A stretch of 54,941 bases of DNA, filler included, from Sphacelaria rigidula (lineage: Eukaryota), in the NCBI GenBank assembly GCA_964200075.2. It is 6 parts of 6 records of this genome, joined end to end, with 100 filler letters (N's around TTAATTAATTAA, not from the genome) between each part and the next. Parts side by side here need not be neighbours in the genome. Positions count along the whole stretch, not along the records: positions 9,175 to 18,248 come from CAXNAA020009366.1; positions 18,349 to 27,422 come from CAXNAA020009367.1; 4 more parts are not named here. One strand, given 5' to 3'. The notes beneath the pieces are model-generated. The model was not told the origin of the DNA and made no database searches. It worked only from the letters and a program-made list of their open reading frames with translations. The first letter of the stretch is position 1, and every line of letters begins with the position of its first letter. A program made the position numbers and the translations under genes. Below are positions 10,972 through 22,507 of the stretch, one piece after another.

Positions 10972-12609
10972 TTGGCCAGTCGCAGAGTGAGCTTGTCGGT
11001 TGATGCTCTCCAGGAGGTGGGGGAGCAGGTGTCCGAGGAGCATGATGAGGCGGTGGAACGCTTGGTGGAGCGTGGCCCGGATATGTTAATGGAGCCTGCA
11101 AAAGAGGAGTCCGCGCGAATGGCTGCGCTGGAGCAAAACGTGACGGATGCTGTGGCAAATGGCCTCAACCTCTCAAAAGCGGAGCGCTTGCGTGGCATAT
11201 TGTATCGTCACGTTAAGATATTTCGTCGTGTGCTGCGGGGTGATCTCCCTGCGCGCGTGGAACCCATCAGGGTTACACTGAAGCCAGGGGCGGCCGCGGT
11301 GAAGGCAAGACCTAGGAGGTATGATCCGGTCAAGTCCAGTCGGTTAGCTTCTTGCATGGGAGCTCTTGTGGCGTTTGGGTTGGTGTTCAGGAATCTACAG
11401 GTGATGTGGTCCCGTCCAGCGATGGCGGTGCCGAAGAAGGGCTCTTCCCGTCTTGTCAGCGATTACCGAGCCGTCAATGATCGGATGGAGAAGCCGCCAG
11501 GTGTCATGCTCAATCAGGAATCCGATATGATAGACCTGTTGAGCGCGCGATGTTTGGGTAAGTTGGACCTCCTACAGTGGTACCGGCAGATACCGTTGGC
11601 CGAAGAGGCGCAAACGATATTCACCATCACGACTCCGTTTGGCATGTTTACCCTGGAACGAGTACCGCAAGACGTGTTGAATGCTACTTCCTATTTTCAA
11701 GGTATCATGGTAGACCTTTTAGATGGCTTGAGATACAAGATCTGGGTGGATGATGTTTTTTTCTTCGCGGATACGGAAGACGAACTGTTGGATACGCTTG
11801 ATGCGATCTTGGCTCGCTTAGAGAGTGTTGGTCTGTTTGCAGCTGCCCACAAGTGCACCTTTTTTGCGAGTGAATTAGTGTGGTGTGGGAAAGTATATTC
11901 ACTCAGCCGCGTCTCGCATGACCCGATCCGCTTGCAAGGTTTGCTTGACATGCGGCGTCCAGAAACAGCAGCAGAACTAATGCAATTCCTGCACGCAATG
12001 AACTGGTTGCGTACCTCGTTGCCACGTATGGCCGAAGCTGTGGCGCCCTTGCGCCTTTTTCAAGAAGAACTCATGGTTGGGGCTGCAAGGTGCACGAAGC
12101 GGGTAGCCAAAAACCGCGTTATGCCACCCGCCTCGTGGACGGAGGACAGGCTGCAGGTATGGGCGGTAGCGAAAGATCTAGTGGCTCATGCCGTGACGCT
12201 GTTTCATCCCCGCCCCGGTTGCCAGGTGCTGATATTTTCGGATGCATCCGAGTGTCATTGGGGTAGTTTTGTAACGCAGGCGCCTGATGCAGAAATGCAA
12301 CAACGGTTGCTGGTTGAAGACATGGCGCATGAACCGCTGACTTTTCTTAGTGGTAATTTCAAGGGTTCACAGATGCGTTGGGCAACCACTGACAAGGAAG
12401 GTTTTGCTATCGTGAGCACTTTTCGTCGTCGCGAGCATCCATCTATTGTGGAATGGTGTGCACATTCTTACAAATCACCGAAATCTAGCGTGCATTTTCA
12501 ACCCGGAGGCATGGGTGACGTCTGTGTCGAAGGCGTTGGCACAGCGGTTGGAGGGGTGGAAAGGTGTATGAGGCTAGTATCGGTACACGATTTGTCATAT
12601 TTCGGGTGA
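10972..12609 (+). pseudogene. Gypsy pol fragment: reverse transcriptase + RNase H
   Basis: The 545-aa ORF carries RT and RNase H motifs and drifts out of frame at ~12435. Confidence 0.93.
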
Positions 12610-12991
12610 ACGTAACGCGTGGGGTGACTTGCTGTTGCGCTGGGTAAATATTCCCACTTTGCCTGCGCGCGCTGTGGCGGTGTATGGTCCGTGTGAACCT
12701 GATGACTCGATGCCGTCCAAATCTGTTGTCCGCCAAGCGCAACGAAAAAACCTTGGGGCCGAAGACGCGGATGTGCAATCTTTCGAGTCGGACGTTGGCG
12801 CTGCTTTTTTGGACAATGAACGTTTGTTTCGTGTGCATGTGCGTGGCAGAAGCATTTTGTGGATTCCGAATTCTGACAAGCAGTTGCAGGCACGTCTGAT
12901 GATTTGCGCGCACATGCGCGACGCCGGGCAAAGCGGTGTGGCTGCGACACTCGTGCGCTTGCAAGAGTTTTGTGTCTGGCAGGATAGAAAC

Positions 12992-13250
12992 TATAGACCT
13001 CTGTCACCCAAGATCAGATTGCCATGTGGACTCCTCCCATCACGGGCACATGGACTTCAGCAGCTTTAGTTATTTACGTATTAACCATCAGCATAGTACA
13101 GGAGAACAGGACCATATAGCCTCTCTCCACCAGAGTGACAAAACCAAGCCTACTCGCCATGGAGGTCACCATCACAGAGTCCGGCAATCAGACCCGCAAC
13201 TCCACCTACAATATCCCTGATCTTAGGTAACAATGGTGGCTAGGTCTACA
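12992..13250. mobile_element. Solo LTR (259 bp) inserted in the integrase Zn-finger region
   Basis: Ends tatagacc (TG>TA) ... ggtctaca, with 4-bp TSD AAAC on both sides. Removing it rejoins EFCVWQD..THVRGFVRQCLHC. Confidence 0.8.
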
Positions 13251-14603
13251 AAACTCATGTGCGCGGATTTGTCCGCCAGTGTCTTCACTGTGCTAACTCA
13301 AGGGCGGGCGATGTTGTTCCCCACCCGCTGGGTGAAACGGTCTATGGGACCACGCCGAATGAAGTCGTCCGTTTTGACTTCTTGTACGTGGGCGAGAGTG
13401 GCCCGCTAGCTTCCCAAGATTTGTCGGAGGATGCTGGGTTCCGATACATTTTGGTAATCATGGATGATTGAGAAACCTTGTGGCTCTGAACCAGTAGGGG
13501 TGTGTACTGCTGAATCGACTACTGCGTCTTTGCTGAATTGGTGCAAAATTTTAGGGGTACCCCGTGTGTGGGTGAGTGATACCGCCACGCATTTCAAAAA
13601 TGCGATCTTGGCCCGATTGCGAGAGGCATTACGCGTTGATCGCCAGTTTGCGGTAGCGTATTCTCTCTGGTCTAACGGTACGTGCGAGTGCATGGTTAAG
13701 GAAGTAGTTCGTGCTCTTCGATGTATTCCTTTCGAGCAGCGTCGAGAGGTGACCGAGTGGGTGGACGTGTTGCCCGCTATGCAATGGGCGCTAAATACAG
13801 CATATCGCCGGCGGTACGATAGTACGCCGTATCACGTGATGTTTGGTCGTGCACCTCGGACGTCTTTCTCGGTGTTGGCGTCGTCATCGGCGGGGGAGTG
13901 GAACTGTGATGTCTTAGACGATGCGCAACTGAAGCGTGCGTTGCAAGGAGTTTTGGAGTTGCAGTAAAGTTTCCACGTTCAAGTGCAGGGGCGTGTTGCT
14001 GCTGAACGTGCGCGTAGACGGGAGGGGCCTTTGTCGGGGCTGAAATTGCCGAATTTCGAGGTAGGTGATTATGTTTGTATGCACGCGTGCGTCGCCCGGG
14101 AGTTACGCTTCAATTGATGGCGACGTGGACTGATCCGTGGAGAGTGGTTGGTGCTCATCATCCGCATGTGTTTGAGATCCAAAACATTGTTTCGGGTCGT
14201 GTTCAGACCGCCCATGTAGCTCGTCTGCGTTTTCATGCAGACTCACAGCTCAATGTAACGGCAGACGTGAAGGATGTGTTTCAGCACGCTTTTAACCAGG
14301 GGCAATTTCAGATGGCTGGGATTGTTCGCGTGGCAGAGGCAGAGGATCGTTCGTTGATCGTTTTGGTCGACTGGGTTGGTTTTGAAGTCGAGGAGCGTAC
14401 GTTGGAGCCTTTTAAAAATATTTTTGAGGCCGCTCCGAAATTTCTCAAAAAGGAGTTGCGTAAGGTGCGAGTGACTCGTTCCATTGCTGCTCGCATTACG
14501 CATGAGTTTGGTATTCAGTTGTGACTTGCTCAATCGTCTTGGCGTCATTTTTCCGAGTGTCAAGCTTGTTGCTCGATTCTCGTCCAACGCGCTTTGGGGG
14601 TGC

Positions 14604-14857
14604 TGTGACGAAATCACGCCGCCACGTTGAGTATATAGTGATATCATGGATGATGACTTGGGATCTGTAATGATGATATGGATGATGACATGGACACAGG
14701 GGTGATGCCCTGATGTGGTTTATGGAGCCGCCTGCGTGGCACTCCAGGATAATGAAAGGTGTTGCCAAGGCTAAAAACTGAAACCTGAGGCCAGTGGAAC
14801 TGGGGAGTCCCTCAACAGCATTAGACGCTGCAGTACTAGCAACCTGCTGGAGTCACA
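14604..14857 (+). repeat. Putative 3' LTR of the Gypsy element
   Basis: TGTGAC start immediately after a G-rich PPT-like ttgggggtgc. A candidate GTCACA end lies at 14857. The end is uncertain because there is no 5' LTR to compare. Confidence 0.5.
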
Positions 14858-15159
14858 GCTCATACTGTATCAGTGTACTACAGTACGGGATGCGAGTCGC
14901 TCACAAAATATATAGGATATCTTTCCCCAAAAGTGTCCTGGCTCTTCCTGATGGACAAATCAAGCTAGCCAGTCAGAAACTAAGGATCCGTCCGGTCGAT
15001 TCCAAGAGCACCCCAGAAGGCCTTCTGCGCACGCTACACACGCTGCCGCAGGTGCAGTACTCATGGTCGTACTGTTGATTCATTTTTCAACCGGAAATAT
15101 TATTCGATGCAGATGTCTCAACCTTGGGGTGACTTTAGACAAACCCGAATTAAAATAGA

Positions 15160-15875
15160 GTACAACAGCAACTGTAGTACAATGCAGTGCAAAAGTTTGT
15201 GGTACAGTTCAGTGCTGTCTCATCTCTTCTCCCGCTGCTTTCCTTCCCTTCTTCTTTGGGCGCCACCAATGATCAGAATACATTAAACCTTCGAAAAGCG
15301 TTGGGTCTGTGAGCCTCCACGGTGGTTCATTTGTGTCTTGGGTTCATCTTTCATGTCAAAATTATGCCAATACACAGCAGATGACTCGCCCTGACGGTTA
15401 TTGTACATGGGTGGACAAAGCAGAACAAGGGACGGTATAGGACAGGACAATGCAGTACGATGCAGTACGGTACAGTTCAGTAGCGTGTTGTTTTCTCTCC
15501 CGCCCCCCCCCTGCGTTTCGTTCTATTGCCCCCATGATCTGTGGATATCACCATGGACCAGATGACAAAAAACCTCGGGTGGCCGTTTATAAATGGACAA
15601 AGCCAAACCGCAAGACACAAGCACAATACAAGACAGTACAGTTCAGTAGGTTGCTGTCTTCTCTCTCTCTCCTTCCCTGCATTCCTTCCCATGGCTCCCA
15701 TTATCTATGGCTATCACCATGGCCCACATTACAAGAAACCTTCGGAGCATGAAATCGTCCTGCCCGCAGCTCTGAAAGTGAACCCTTAAAAGTCCAGAGT
15801 GGATCATCTGGGTCCTGTTCATATTTCGAATTAGATCAGGCCAATTCAATATATGCCAACAGAACACTGAAGCTT
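15160..15875. repeat. Degenerate tandem repeat (about 3 units, core gtacagttcagt...tctc...ccatg)
   Basis: The core recurs at ~15202, ~15470 and ~15636 with similar downstream pyrimidine tracts. Confidence 0.55.
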
Positions 15876-15876
15876 C

Positions 15877-15980
15877 CAAGGGTAGGTCGAGTAGAGTATA
15901 CTCAATACTCGGTATTTTTGAAGAGTCATACTTTTCGTACTCAAAGTTTGAGTAGAGTATTTGAGGTAGTACTCAACCTG
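15877..15980. mobile_element. Terminal fragment of the CAAGGGTAGGTCGAG element
   Basis: It is the reverse complement of the 7820-7910 terminus. Confidence 0.75.
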
Positions 15981-17433
15981 CTCAATGATTCGAGTAGAAA
16001 CAGCCTGGATCCGATTTTAAGGTTCAACATTTGGGAGGGGCTGAAGCAGTCATCGAAATTTCATTCGTTTTGTCCAATAGGCTCGGGGTACGCAAGCAGC
16101 TTCGGCCATGACACTTGTGCCAGAAGCTTTTATACGGCAGCCCAAGCGTGATGAGCAGTTCAGAAGAAAAACCGCCGTCGTCAGGGTGCGGTGTTTTTCG
16201 AACAGAAGGACGTGCCTCTGAGCGCTACGGAACACGTAACAAAGCAGGTTGAGAACATACTTCTTTGGACTAGTCATCGAGTTTCTGAGCGCCTCTTGTT
16301 GAGTATCTGAGAGAGACTTCATACTGTTGCGCCGGCGACGACCGCCGTCAGCGACACGATCCAAGACGGCGACAGACGCCAGCGATCTTTGAAACGCAGC
16401 ATCATTCAGCAGTCTGCTTAGATACACCATCACCAGAGTACAGCATCACTACAGTACAATCGTCAGTTGGATAAAATGGATGCCCCACTCAGGGTTGGCC
16501 CCACGCTTGGGGTTGTTTCGCCAGTAGCGTCCATGAGAGACGCTTCATCCAGTCTGAACCAGCTATCACGCCTTGTATGGCCACTCCCGCCGTGGCTGTG
16601 TTGGGAACTGGTTTCGGGGTGGGACTGTCGAAGCATATTGTAGTGCAGCGCGCTTGAAAAATCCGAGCCATCCTTTTGTTATTTAGAACCCGCATCAGCT
16701 GTAGTCATAATAGATCTCCTCTGGGTCCCATAGAGCGTCTGAACTAGCGATGGAAAGTGCTGGCACCCTCTCCCTCAGAATTGTTTCGTGACAACCTCAG
16801 GGTTAGGATTAGTGCCCAGGGGAAGTCCTGAAATAACGGATGGTTTTCTTGGAAAGCAGTCGTCTATTGTAACGGGTATAAACCGTTCAAGCAAGGAAAT
16901 CTCGACTTTAAACAGGGAAATATTTGCCACGATACCCCTGGATACTCTTCTACATGTTTCATTCCGAGCGATGTTTCCCAAATACCTCCACGGTTGTCAC
17001 GAAACAATTCTGAGGGAGAGGGTGCCAGCACTTTCCGTCGCTAGTTCAGACGCTCTATGGGACCCAGAGGAGATCTATTATGACTACAGCTGATGCGGGT
17101 TCTAAATAACAAAAGGATGGCTCGGATTTTTCAAGCGCGCTGCACTACAATATGCTTCGATAGTCCCACCCCGAAACCAGTTCCCAACACAGCCACGGCG
17201 GGAGTGGCCATACAAGGCGTGATAGCTGGTTCAGACTGGATGAAGCGTCTCTCATGGGCGCTACTGGCGAAACAACCCCAAGCGTGGGGTCAACCCTAAC
17301 CCCCGTTGTATGTTTGTGCAGCTTTTTTGTGGGGCATCCATTTTATCCAACTGACGATTGTACTGTAGTGATGCTGTACTCTGGTGATGGTGTATCTAAG
17401 CAGACTGCTGAATGATGCTGCGTTTCAAAGATC

Positions 17434-18130
17434 GACACTTTCTACGATAGCCCCCCCAAAACGATTGCACGGTTTTGGGAGGCAAAATCTTCACGTAAAT
17501 CGAAATGGAAAAAGCCGAACACAGCGAGCAGCTGGAACTCCCCATCCTTAACACGGGATCTTACAAATTGGGGATGAATCATTTATCGGGGATGAGAAAC
17601 CCGGAGGATTAAAATGTTCGTATCCGCACCAATTCTTCGAAATATGGTTCCATTTCTTCACCTACTGATAACTCTTGACAACTGCTACACGCCATAGAAA
17701 TTCGGATTTCGATCACCGAAATGTCGGGATCCTAGGTGAAAAAACAGTTTTGTGGAATTCCGGGAGTCCGAGCGGACGCCAAAATGGTCCCGAAATTGTT
17801 TTTTTCACTTAGGACCCCGACATTTCGGTGATCGAAATCCAAATTTCAATGGTGTGTAGCAATTGTCAACAGCTATCAGTAGGTAGAGAAATGAAACCAT
17901 ATTTCGAAGATTTGGTGCGGATACGAAGATTTTAATTCTCCGGGTTCTTCATCCCCAATAAATAATCCATCCCCAATTTGTAAGATCCCATGTTCCTTGG
18001 GTTCGTTCTAGCCAATGTCGCCAGTATGAGTCGCTTCATGCAGCGTCAACCCAAACATCAGGCGCTGTATGGCCATTGTTTTCGTGGCACTTTTGGGCTG
18101 GTTTTGGGGGGGGCTATCGTAGAAAGTGTC
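17434..18130. mobile_element. Non-autonomous TIR element (GACACTTTCTACGATAGCCCCCCCAAAAC) with GATC duplication
   Basis: TIRs at both ends and GATC on both flanks. The empty site with a single GATC is preserved in the left arm at ~16384. Confidence 0.9.
17550..17994. mobile_element. Foldback MITE family F, copy 2
   Basis: Homologous to 2691-3137, with an exact 4-bp TSD CCTT (17546-17549 / 17995-17998). Confidence 0.9.
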
Positions 18131-18248
18131 GATCGCTGGCGTCTGTCGCCGTCTTGGATCGTGTCGCTGACGGCGGTCGTCGCCGGCGCAACAGTATGAA
18201 GTCTCTCTCAGATACTCAACAAGAGGCGCTCAGAAACTCGATGACTAG

Positions 18249-18348
18249 NNNNNNNNNNNNNNNNNNNNNNNNNNNNNNNNNNNNNNNNNNNNTTAATTAA
18301 TTAANNNNNNNNNNNNNNNNNNNNNNNNNNNNNNNNNNNNNNNNNNNN
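18249..18348. other. Artificial contig linker
   Basis: N44-TTAATTAATTAA-N44. Confidence 0.98.
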
Positions 18349-19224
18349 GGTGGCGGTGTTGGCGCGGCCATTTCCCGCGAGGAACAGTTTTTTTTTCTTT
18401 TCTTGTTGGGGCCCGGGGGCCCATGCCCCCCCCCCCCCCCCCCCCAGAATGATGTGCGTGAAAAATTCGGAGCGAAAACGGTCAAGCTGGCGTGTTTAGC
18501 TGCTTCCGCGTGTCTGGCCATTATTCGTACCTTTCTTAGGCAGAAAACGAGAAGGTATACCTTTTCAAGGCCATTGCCTTTTTGTATTATCCCTCTTTTT
18601 TCATTTGTGCACGAGATTGAGACCCCCTCCCCCTCCCCCCCCCTGCGCCCCGATAAAAACGAGGATTCAAAAAAGGTGCATAGGGTCTGGGATTCGGATT
18701 TTGGCCACCGTAGGCCGAGTCCTCGTTTCGCCCAATTTATAACGGAGAAACACGGAATCTCGGGCAGCCCATGCTGTAGGAATCCCATATACTGTAACCA
18801 GGATATATACGGCCAAATATACCTCTTCACCTGTATGCACGGTCCAACCGTATACACACCCCTCGAAGAACCCCGTAGTCTCGATAGAGCCAAACGTCCA
18901 GAAATAGCCATGTTTCTCGAACACCCGACACACAGGGCGCGCGCAGCACAGACGACATGCACACACGCACAGCACCTCAGGGCACACACGAACTACCATA
19001 GCGGCAAAAGCAGCAGCAGCAGCAGTAGTAGCATGCTTTACAGTAGAAATTCCGTTCCTGAACGGGTTCATTCTCGTCCGCTACGCAGTCGTTTGGGCCG
19101 TGCGATGCTTATAACGATCAGAGGCACATTCTAGCGAGCGTATCAGAGGCACATTGTGTCGTCTCCGCCACACACGCGGTCATTCGACTACCGCTAAAAA
19201 TACTCTGTTTCGGTCAACCTTTCG

Positions 19225-20095
19225 AGCCTCCGGAGGAATTTACCGCCTCCAGAAGGTGCGCGGACGTCCAGATGGGCGGGATCAAACGCCTCCAGGGGCT
19301 TGTTTTGCCTCTAGAGGGCCGCGCATCCCTCCGGAGGAATCTGGAGAATACGCGGCCCTTCAGAGCACCATATTTTTCGTTACTCTCAAGGGATTCAGAC
19401 CTCAGAAGTCACTGGATAGTCAGATGCCCTCCAGAGGATTCGTTTATGACTGCACCTGAGGATGAAATACCCTCAGGGCATTTGATCCTCGGGAGGATGA
19501 AAATCACGATAGAGGATTTTCATGGGGGTAGCCGAATGGCAGCATGTGTATTCCTCCAGAGTCCACCAAGAGCTTGTTCGCGTCGACGAACATCGCGGCG
19601 GAATACTGCTCTATAGCGACATACATGCGGTGGGATGAAGCCCTGGACGACTGTTGCGTTGATCTTCAGTGGGATGCGCGTATAGTTGGCCTGTCGAGGA
19701 CTTAACTGTCTTCTGGGGGCTTGATGTACTACTCACTCCGGAGGAACATGTACACACACTGGAGGATATTACACCGCTATTTCCTCCGGAGTCGTAAAAA
19801 TGCCCTATATACCATTATCGGTGGCTCCCTCAGAGGAATGTTGTCCAATTTTCGCCAGAGGTACGTGCAGCAAAGTAACGTGCTTCGGAGAACCATATTT
19901 GTGTTCCTCTGGAGGGACTCAGACCTCGTAAGGTTCGAGAGCATCATCGTGAAACGTGTGCCCTGCACAGGGTTCGTGTAACGTCCACTCCAGAGGCATT
20001 ACAAACCTCTACAGGGTAGTTTATCCTCCAGACGACCATTTTTCCCTCCAGGCGAGAAAACTCACGATAGAGGCATGTCAAGGAGGGGCCGATTG
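19225..20095. repeat. Repeat rich in CCTCYRGAGG-like palindromic motifs, with an internal direct duplication
   Basis: Motifs include cctccggagg, cctctagagg and cctccagagg. 19357-19535 resembles 19883-20092 (accatattt...cagacctc...tcacgatagagg). Confidence 0.6.
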
Positions 20096-20371
20096 GAAGA
20101 GTGTGTGAATGTGAGTACCCTATTTATTATTAGCGTGATGTCTCTCCGCTGCACAGTTTGATGAGTACATCGGCGTCCGATTTTTCCATACTTGATCCAC
20201 GTCAAAAACTATCCTTCGGAACCATATTTTCACAGACGCTCTTCTAGTGTCCAACGCCGCTTTTCTTTTCACAACTTTCCATATACGAACATATATAGAA
20301 CCAACTAGCGAAGTATATAGCACAACCTTCTCATAGCCACACGGTACAACACCCACTCCCACGACTCTCTT

Positions 20372-20690
20372 CTATTTTTATTTTTATTTTCATTTTTTGT
20401 CGCATTTCGAACCCCCCCCCTTCCTTCGGACGAGTCCGTGGTCTCAAGGGATCAACCCATCTCTCCCCCGGTACACGCCTTGCATTTTGGTCTCGTGGAT
20501 TGGATCAGCACTCCCGCACCGCGTCAACTCCTGTCAAACAAACTCCGTCGACTACTTCGTTCACTCGCGTTCTCACGCTTTCCACGGTGGAAATAACATA
20601 TTACGAAGAAAAAATCCGACGCATCCGGGATCAGACCCTCGTTCTCTCCACCTCAATGGTGACAGTTGGACCACACCACCGGGGCGCGGC
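20372..20690 (-). mobile_element. tRNA-derived SINE family B, copy 2
   Basis: Collinear with 2022-2335, with an A-rich tail and 5' head ccgcgccccggtgg. Confidence 0.78.
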
Positions 20691-22273
20691 GGCTTCTGGG
20701 ATTCTCTTCTGGGGAAGGGGGCAACTGGGGGTAGAGTAGAAAAAACACACCCGTGCCACCCGAAAAAAATACCACGTTGTTACTGTTGTACGCAAGCTCA
20801 TCGTGTGTGACGGCTTGCGAGAGAAACGCACTGCTACACTGCACATGCGAGGCCGCAGACTATTCATGACATACGCAAGAAAGATGGTAATTTGTAGAGA
20901 CCAACACGGTGCAACACACTGTACAACATCTACGCCCACGGTTCTCTCTAGGGTGAGAGCAAAACGAACAGACACCCCTTTCGCTTGGAGGTAGGACAAG
21001 TCCGTGTAATGGACGTGCAGCACACATACACATGCTTGTGAGTAGACATGGGGAAGCTTAGGTGTGGATGATACAATTTGCTGCTGCGTTGACACGAAAC
21101 GTACGGCAACGAGACAGTCTCATTAACGCCTCGGCTGGATCATGTCGAGATAATCTGCTTTGTAGAACACCTCTTCTGGTGAAAGCGCTTTCGCGCCTGC
21201 GTCGATGAGAGTTCAAGGAGCATTGTCGAAGGCGACACAGTCGCTACCGCCGGCGATCTGAGCACAGCTTTGAGCGCCTCATGATCATGCAAGGCGGAGT
21301 GTACGCCCAGTCTAGTTCCTCTCCTGTACCCTCTCGGGTAATTGGGGGAGTAGAGCCGGGAGAAAACAGGGGGTCCCTCTCCGTTAGACCCCCTACCTTC
21401 CTTCTGCGTCATTTGTCTCTCATATCCCGAACTCCGCAAAGCGCGACTTCCTGCGAGAGTTATGGCCGATTCACTGATTCCGCCGAGGCCACAATTGTTT
21501 CATTTTCAAAAGCAGGTACCAATCGACTGCTTAATACCCCCGCATATCCCCCGGAGGGTCGCCAAAAACCTCTTTTCTCTCCCCCCATTGTATCGCGAGA
21601 ACGTTCAGCAGTCCTGCGTGCGTCCTCAACAACCACATAAACTTTCACGGGCGCCCGTACACTGCATACAAGTACGAATGTCACGAAGTAACCGGGCTTG
21701 ATGAAAACTTTCGAGAGCATTTGTTCGAAACGAAATCCGGATCTAGTGCACCCCCATGAACTGCATGCTTCAACATGGTATGCGCCCGAATTCCATTCTC
21801 CGCCCGCGCATGCCACGAGCGAAACACGCCTTTATCAGTGAGGCTGATAACATCCAGCAGGGAACAAACTCACGGCAGCGACACGCGTAGGACAGGCGCA
21901 CACGTTATGGTTCACACACCCTTCCGTTGCCGCTGTTCATATCATACTAGCAACAGAGCAACACCAGATCCCGCGAGCGGGTGATCAAAGCGGTGTGCGT
22001 GGGAAGCGTGGGTACGGAGGTTCGTGAGTACTCAGATTGGTGATAAGTGACGACCCAAAGCTCGAGGACAAGTTGTCAGGCAGGCGTGATGTAAAACCGG
22101 GGGAAAGGTGAATTCATCGAGCCCTTTGAGACTGCCGACTGCGGCCGTGTCCCGAGCAAGGCAGAGGGGGCGAAGGGGGATAGGGGTGCTGGCAGCATAA
22201 CAAGGAACATAAAAACACGTTTGTTGACACCAGCACACTCAACGTTTCTATGCGACCTTATCCCCGTCGCCCC

Positions 22274-22507
22274 TTATCGCCACGACCGTCCCGCGCCCTG
22301 CCGAGCGTTACTCGAAGACGGACGTCGCCCGCCTGCCCCCCTCGTGCCTCCCGACCCCCCTCCTCCGCTACCCCCAATCCCCGAGGATGAATAGCTTGCC
22401 CCGTTCTCGGGTTTGCTTCGCTCTCTCTCTGCAATATTTACGGCCTCCTCGTCATAGAGCACGTAAAAACCACCGGTGTCACGGCAACGTCCCATAGATG
22501 CAGCGCC
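22274..22507 (-). CDS. Candidate terminal exon, unknown protein with Gly/Ser-rich tail
   Basis: Pyrimidine-rich upstream sequence and caacag| acceptor, then GAASMGRCRDTGGFYVLYDEEAV...GGSGGGGSGG...RSWR*. No family recognised. Confidence 0.35.
   Translation of the reverse strand, partial: GAASMGRCRDTGGFYVLYDEEAVNIAERERSKPENGASYSSSGIGGSGGGGSGGTRGAGGRRPSSSNARQGAGRSWR

Larger units (their letters stand above)
9335..14857 (+). mobile_element. Decayed Ty3/Gypsy LTR retrotransposon with C-terminal chromodomain (5' LTR missing)
   Basis: Domains in order: gag with CCHC knuckle (CFQCG..NHYARKC, frameshifted, ~9968), protease AVLDSGA (~10605), RT (LVSDYRAVN, IWVDD), RNase H (FSDAS, DKEGFAIV), integrase Zn finger (AH..CLHC) and core (VSDTATHF, SNGTCE), then chromodomain (LVDWVGFEVEERTLEP). 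Many stops and frameshifts. Confidence 0.95.
16270..18248. repeat. Long near-perfect inverted duplication (arms 16270-16796 and 16992-18248, spacer 195 bp)
   Basis: Nearly identical 68-aa ORFs appear on opposite strands (16489..16695-, 17093..17299+). The right arm carries an extra ~30 bp and a 697-bp insertion, and it runs to the contig end. Confidence 0.93.

Noticed and set aside
16489-17299. Duplicated 68-aa ORF as a small gene pair
   Set aside because: The identity is simply a result of the inverted duplication, with no coding hallmarks.
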